Positions 63,776-64,000 of a stretch of 64,000 nt of DNA are shown one piece after another; the first letter of the stretch is position 1; each line of letters starts with the position of its first letter. The stretch lies in NCBI GenBank assembly GCA_028534125.1, contig CM052817.1, forward strand, positions 101,434,001 through 101,498,000. The letters are read 5' to 3'. A program made the position numbers and the translations under genes. This DNA comes from Lama glama (Eukaryota). Under the pieces are notes generated by a model. That model was given only the letters and a program-made list of their open reading frames with translations, did not search any database and was not told the origin of the DNA.

Positions 63776-64000
63776 TTTATATGTTTTAATCTTCTCAGAA
63801 TCAACTCTTCCAGCATTTTGCTGTGTTTTATCCCTAGTTGCTTTCCTTTTAGCTGGACTTCCAAGCCTCTTGGTTGCTTTTGGGTTTTTTTGTTTGTTCT
63901 CAGTTGAGATTTTTTTTCCTCTTGTGTGACGGCAAGTTCGTGATGCAGGTTGGATGTTGAAAACCTTCTAGAACACCTTCTTTGTGTCCATTTCCATAGC

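Noticed and set aside
1..64000. Prokaryote-type systems (CRISPR arrays, operons, rRNA)
   Set aside because: No regularly spaced repeat-spacer arrays or rRNA-like sequence; the window is mammalian intron and intergenic DNA.

Overview
Mammalian genomic DNA, most likely a camelid (about 14 copies of a tRNA-Ala(AGC)-derived SINE resembling camelid Vic-1). The window holds the last two coding exons and 3' UTR of MND1 (+ strand, 6717-6761 and 11652-11758), a ~38 kb repeat-rich intergenic region with a 100-N gap and an orphan CpG island (~41.2-41.75 kb), and the CpG-island promoter and first three coding exons of TMEM131L/KIAA0922 (+ strand, 50440-50563, 51267-51337, 60519-60562). The rest is interspersed repeat (L1, L2, MIR, MaLR, hAT) and microsatellite. 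Nearly all ORF-track entries are spurious. The most interesting observation is a chimeric retroelement present three times (2888-3274, ~24209-24797, 63291-63610): an L1 3' UTR switches at the same junction in all three copies into a ~290-nt tail that matches no L1 3' end in this window and carries its own poly(A) signal. This suggests an L1 lineage that captured a foreign 3' end. Gene and repeat-family names come from recall, not database searches, and repeat boundaries are approximate.
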